A DNA stretch of 64,000 nt from the human T2T-CHM13v2.0 reference genome, Homo sapiens, in the NCBI RefSeq assembly GCF_009914755.1, contig NC_060932.1; one strand, 5' to 3'. Of this stretch, positions 53,701-64,000 are shown in pieces (the first letter of the stretch is position 1; the number at the start of each line of letters is the position of its first letter). The notes below the pieces were generated by a model. The model had not been told where the DNA came from. It did no database searches and saw nothing but the letters and a program-made list of their open reading frames with translations. A program made the position numbers and the translations under genes.

Positions 53701-54790
53701 ATTTAACAATACCTTATCTGGTGGGTTAATATTATTGATTTTTTAAAGATATAAGTACTTACTAGCTGAGTTACAATACAGTTATACCAAGATAAAAACT
53801 TATATTGTTTATGTTGACTTTGTTCTGCATTTACTCATCAAAGAATATATTTTTGAGGAATAAATATTAAAACAGTACACTGTTCATATTTGTATTTATG
53901 TGTCATTTTTCTGAAAATTGTTTCTTGGATTTACTGTTTTTGGCTTATGTTTCTATTCTTTTTTGTTTTAGTATCATTTGAGAAAAATGTTTTTTAAAAA
54001 TATATAGTCTTTAAAAGCATTTATAAATTTCAAATTCTATTATTTTTAAGAGATATCTTGCTTTTGAAACTTTTGATATGCATGTCAAGGAGGTGGACTT
54101 CAAATTCATTTATAAATTAATTCACTAATATACTAAAAGCAAATATATTTTAGGACACTTGCCTGTACAATGCGTTGTGTAAGGCACCCAGTGATAATGG
54201 TGAAAGGATAGATTTACATTATCAAGTTGCTTTTACTCTACTAGGTAGGTCCAAAAAACATGAGCACTCAATACAGCAAATCATAAAATGTGTGAGCATG
54301 ATATACTGTGGATACAAAACAAACATTATTAGATTTTCTGGTTTGCATTTAAAAAAGGTTTTTTGTCAGGGATGACTTCCCGGAAGTTCTCACGTTAAAC
54401 TGAGAAGTAAAGTAACAGAGGAAAGAGTATGTGACAAGAACTGAAAGGCAAGGGATAGCAGAGCAGTATTAAAGAAACTAAAATAAAATGAAAATTCAGA
54501 ATGACTATGGAATAAATGTTCAGTGTTGGACAGAAAAAGGTAAAAAGACAGCTAAATAGGATTTTGTCAGCTCTGTTAAGATGTCTAGATTTTATCTCAA
54601 GTTCAATGGCAAAGTCATTGAAAAGTTTATACAATAGGTTATACAAATGACATTTCATGTAAATTCTATTTGTAGAAGAATCACGGTCAGTAGGGAAACT
54701 TGGAAGCACAGAGACCTTTAGAAAGTTTCTGCAGGTATCTAGTTGAGCGATAATGGCAGTGTCAAGGTAGAGATGTTAGAAGTCGAAAAC
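50760..54790. mobile_element. Patchwork of MIR (~50760-51110) and L2 (~51110-51540, 52140-52810, 54110-54790) fragments with (TG)n near 51620 and a GA-rich tract 53035-53130
   Basis: ATTTTTAAAGATGAA, ATAATCCAGGCAACAAGTGAT, AGTAAGCACTCACTAAA, GCAAAGTCATTGAAAAGTTT motifs. Confidence 0.55.
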
Positions 54791-55013
54791 AATAATAATC
54801 TCTTCCCACAAAATAATAAACCACAAATATTGTCTACAATCCGAGAATAGGGATAAGTTCCAAATGATATAAAATTCAGGCTATTTTATTCTTTTTCTAG
54901 ACTCAACGATATTAAAATATTAAAAATAAGGCATATAAAAATATGAGCTATTTTAATGATCTATTCTAAGATATGGCAGTATATATACCATGTTGAAAAT
55001 ACGAAGTTTTCTG

Positions 55014-55200
55014 ACTGGTGTTTTTCAAACTATAGACCTTGAACTGTAACAGCATCATCTGAGAAACTTATGAAAATAGAAATTCTTCGGTCTCAGTCCA
55101 GTCCTACTGAATCAGGACACTCTGATATTGGGGGCTAGTGATCTGCTTTTAACAAACACTTCAGGTGATTTTTGTGCATGAAAAGTTTGAAACCACCGTA
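55014..55200. mobile_element. MER5A
   Basis: TGTTTTTCAAACT...AGCATCATCTGAGAAACTT...CCTACTGAATCAG...AAAGTTTGAAACCACCG. Confidence 0.8.
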
Positions 55201-55408
55201 TTGTAAAATTTGCATTGTGTTTTGTTTGTTTATTTCATTTTAAAAATACTCATTTGCTATTTCATATACATTTTTAAGCAGCCTATCAAAATCTCCATTT
55301 GCAAAGTGAGAGATGTTCAGAAAAATATTAAAAGACACAAGGACATTACACAAACAATCTGAGGCACAAATTACCAGGGTCACAAGGACTTGATAAAAGA
55401 GTGCTATG

Positions 55409-59872
<4,464 letters not shown>

Positions 59873-59899
59873 AAAATAGTGCTATGCAAATTAAGAAAA

Positions 59900-61078
59900 A
59901 CACGCCATTTACAAAAATTAACTCAGGATGGGTTAAAGACTTAAATGTAAAATACCATTCACGACATAGGCACAGGCAAAGATTTTATGCAAAGATGTCA
60001 AAAGTGTTGGCAAAAAAACAAAAATTGAAAATTGAAACTAAGTTAAACTAAAGAGGGATTGAATTAAACTAAAGAGCTTTTTCACAGCAAAAGAAACTAT
60101 CAACAATCAACAGAATAAACAGACAACCCACAGAATGGGAGAAAATATTTGCAAAGTGTGCATCTGATAAAGGTCCAATATCCAGCATCTAAAAGGAACA
60201 TAAACAAATTTACAAGAAAAAAAAAACAACTCCATTAAAAAGTGGGCAAAGAACATGAACAGGCACTTTTCAAAAGAAGAAATACATGCGGCCAACCATC
60301 ATATGAAAAAAAGCCCAACATCACTGATTATTAAAAAAATGCAAATCAAAATCACAATGAGATACCATTTCACACCAGTCAGAATGGCTATTAGTAAAAA
60401 GTCAGAAAATAACAAATGCTGGCAAGGTTGTGGAGAAAAAAAACACTTATCACTGTTGGTGGGACTGTAAATTAGTTCAATCATTGTGGAAGACAATGTG
60501 ACGATTCCTCAAAGACCTAAAAACAGACATACCATTTGACCCAGCAATCTCATTACTGAATATATACCCAAAGGAATATAAATCATTTTGTTTATGGACA
60601 CATGCATGTGTGTGTTCCTTGCAGCACTATTCACAATAGTAAACAAATAGAATCAACCTAAATGCCCATCAATGATAGACTGGATTAAGAAAATGTGATA
60701 CAAATACACCATGGCATACTATGCAGCCATAAAAAAAGTTAGATTATGTCCTTTGGAGGGTCAAGAATGGAACTGGAGGTCATCTTTAGGAAACTAATGC
60801 AGAAACAGAAACCAAACACATGTTCTCACTTATAAGTGGGAGCTAAATGATGAGAACACATGGACACAACACATAGAGGGGAGTGCACACTGGGACTTAC
60901 ATGAGGTGGAAGCTGAAAGGAGGGAGAGGATCAGGAAAAATAACTAATGGATACTAGGCTTAATACCTAGTGGGTGATGGGTGATGAAACAATCTGTACA
61001 GCAAACCCGCATAACACAAGTTTACCTATGTAACAAACCTGCACGTATACTCCTGAACTTAAACATTAAAAAAAAAAA
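59900..61078 (+). mobile_element. 5'-truncated older L1 (L1PA15/16 or L1PB)
   Basis: [19 protein letters not shown]; 3' UTR GAGGATCAGGAAAAATAACTAATG; A tail. Confidence 0.9.
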
Positions 61079-61271
61079 GTTTCCTCACTACCACCCTCCA
61101 AGGTGGTTGCCATCTCTCTAGTCTGGCTTCAGAATAAAGCAAAGCCTGAAGCAAAAAGAAAAAAAAAATCTGATAATAAAAGGTAATAATTTAACTATGG
61201 CAACTTTATTTTGTAAGTTCACATTGAATTAGTTTTAAAGGGCAATATCCTCAAACAATCCATTCATATTT

Positions 61272-61460
61272 CTATCAGATTCCTAGGGCTGCCATAACAA
61301 AGTAACACAAACTAGGTATTTTAAAACATGAGAAATTTATTATCTCACAGTCGTTGAGACTAGAATTCTGAAATCAAGGTGCTAGCTGAATTTTCTCTTT
61401 TCAGAGGTTCTGAAAGAGAAATTGTATCATGCTTCTGGCAGTTGTAAGCCATCCCTTATG
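61272..61460 (-). mobile_element. MLT1 (C/D-like) LTR fragment
   Basis: CTAGGGCTGCCATAACAAAGTAACACAAACT...AAATTTATTATCTCACAGT. Confidence 0.75.
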
Positions 61461-61469
61461 CCTTGTAAC

Positions 61470-64000
61470 TTAAATAATATGATATAAAGTTAACTATGGT
61501 TATGTACTGCAGATGATGAAAAGATAAGAGATAGAAGAAAACAAAGACATTTTAATAAATGTATACATCTTTATATATTCATAACAAATAAGAAAAAATA
61601 TTTAGAATAAGTAGAATTAATATTTCTGCACCTGGCCATGTGGTCAAAGCTGGTGCTTAAAACTACCATTTTCTACTCTCCGTTTCATATTTCGTTTGTT
61701 TTCAGAATGCACCTCAGTTGCTCATGGTTTTTTGTCTGGATAGCTGATCCATACCTTCATTGCTGTAGGTTCTGGACTATTAGTAGTCCTTCCCAGTAGG
61801 GTTGCTGTAGTTTTCCATTGACTTTAATCACAGGACAGAGCAGTAATAAAATACATTCTAAGGAATCTCCCATATTCCAAACATACTCTACTTTTCCTCT
61901 ATTACGCAGAAATAGCTCAAGTTCCCTTTAGTAATCAGGATCCATCACCCAAGCTAATATAGCAAGTCTTTTATTTGTTTTTTGATTTGGAGGCATGAGG
62001 ATCCGAAAACAGCTGGGTGGCAGTCTTCAACTTCAGTTCAGTGAAATAATTATTGTGTCAACTGCTGGAAGTTTTCTTTTCTTTGAAACCAAAACTTACA
62101 GACCTTCAGAACATGAGATTACAGGGGTAGGAAGCAAGTATTTTGTTAGTTGAACACTAGGGATCAACTAGGGATAATAAGAGGTATTACTCCCATTTCT
62201 ACCTCTTGATAAATTGGCCTTTGAATACTGGAAATGGGAGAAACTCACCACTAATTTAGACCACATACACCCTCCTGGAGAACAATGACTCGGCACTGTA
62301 AGGTATTGCAACCTAGCTGACATTGTAACTGTGTCTCCAAAAGACCATTCCACTATTCTATCAAACTCAAACTAGCTGCTTCAGGATAATAGGGAACATG
62401 GTGAAAACAACAAATTCCATGAGCATGAGCCCCTTTCATATACTATGAAGTGAATTCTGCAATCTGAAGCAATGCTGTATGGGATACCTTGATGGTGCAT
62501 GAGACATTTCATAAGAATGTGGACGGTAATTTTTCTAGAAGCATTGCATGCAGTAGGCAAATCCATATCCATAGTGTTTATTACAATAAAAACTAAGTGT
62601 TGCCCTTCTATGATAAAAGTGGTCCAATTCAGTGTACCTATCACCAAGTAGCTGTCTGATCATTCAGGGGAATGGTGCCATATCAGAAAATTTTGTTGTT
62701 TTCTATTGAAAGCAATAGAAAACAACAGTCTTTCTATTCAAGGCTGGCTGAGCTGTAGTGGCTGTACACAGGACGATCTAGGTGCAGAAGTTCACACTGC
62801 TGCCAATGTGCTTAACTGCCAATCTTGCTGCCATCACCATTCTGTTCATAAGCCCACTAGTCAATGACAGGAGATGCTAGGAAAAGGGGCTGATACCCAC
62901 AAAACACGCCATACTGTCCACTTAATTATTAAAATTCTATTCTGCTGAGGCCATCCGCAAGGTATGTAGATATCTTCAAGTTTGCTACCCAATCAGAGCA
63001 GCCTATCCACATACTTTTCTCTCAGACATCCTTGTCATCAATCGTCCAATCATGTTTTCTCTAAGTCCATATCCAAGCAGCTAAATCACTTGTTGATTTG
63101 AGTGCTGCTATTCCTGCCCAAATTTACGACTTAGTGGGTCAACAAATGCCCAATTTATGATGAATAACTCAGAATGAATAGTAAATTGGTGGCCCATGAT
63201 TAAGCCTTCAGTCTCTAGTAAGGCCCAGCAGCAACCCCAAAACTGTTTACCAAAAGGAGAATAGTTATTTGCAGAAGATGCTAGGAATTAACTCCAGTAT
63301 CCTAGGGGCTTGTGCTATGATTAACCTATAGGGGCCTGCCAACGTTTCAAACACCATCTGTATTTGCCACCAACCCTCAGAGCACCACCAAATCTGCTAG
63401 ATCATATGGTCCACATAGAAGGGCAGCTTTGACTGATAAATAATGTGATGTAAAATTAACTATTATTAATAAATATTATGCTAGATGATAAATACATAAG
63501 AAAGGGAAGACAAAATATATTATAAAAATCATATGTTTGTGTGTGAATACATATATTCATATAAAAAATACTCATAACAATTAGAGTCCACATTTCTGTA
63601 AGTGGACATGTGATCCTAGCTGGTATTTATAATTACCCCAGTATCCACAACCTACTGTAGAGCCTTCTTCTCCTTGTTCTGGGACCCTCTCAAAAGCAGC
63701 ACAACTTGGCATTGTGCCTCTTTTTGATTATAGGAGAAACCAGGTGCAAGAGCTGATCCTTCACCTTCGATAGGATATCTCAACATGTTCTACACCAGTA
63801 GACTCCTAGAAATTTTACTGAAGTGAAAGATCCCTAAATTTTTGTTATATCGATTTTTCATTCTCTGACGTACTCTGTCTTACTAATATGTCTATAGTAA
63901 TTTCTACTTCTTGCTTATTAGTTCCCATAAGCATACAATCATCAATATAAGAAGCCAGTGTGGTCTCTTGTGGAAGGGAAGATGATTGAGCCCTCTGTGG
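61470..64000 (-). mobile_element. ERV-L internal region: decayed pol (RT, RNase H, integrase) and 3' region
   Basis: Minus strand reads TTLASYIDDCMLMG (YIDD at 63938-63949), SVKFLGVYW, KVKDQLLHL, GPYD, and integrase-like CLMHHQGIPYSIASD (ORF 62381-62647); many stops. Confidence 0.88.

Overview
Primate (probably human/great-ape) AT-rich, LINE-dense genomic DNA. I find no host protein-coding gene, RNA gene or CpG island. Every long ORF is a disabled L1 ORF1/ORF2 piece, an antisense L1/Alu frame, or an ERV-L pol remnant. The window holds one full-length but inactivated L1PA2/3-type element (29477-35521), a 4.5-kb 5'-truncated L1PA5/6-type element, three clear twin-primed (5'-inverted) L1s, eight Alus, several LTR/ERV remnants and old MIR/L2/DNA-transposon fragments. 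I cannot support a new gene-based system here. The most unusual signals concern retroelement mechanics: (1) an MLT2A LTR plus partial tRNA-Leu PBS fused tail-to-tail to a whole THE1 element, apparently occupying one 5-bp target site inside a MER57-like LTR; (2) non-consensus variants, including a nonsense codon, shared between neighbouring L1s of different ages; (3) a 3' transduction on the full-length L1; (4) several templated insertions or duplications. Repeat subfamily names come from remembered consensus motifs, not from an alignment, and boundaries of old repeats are approximate.
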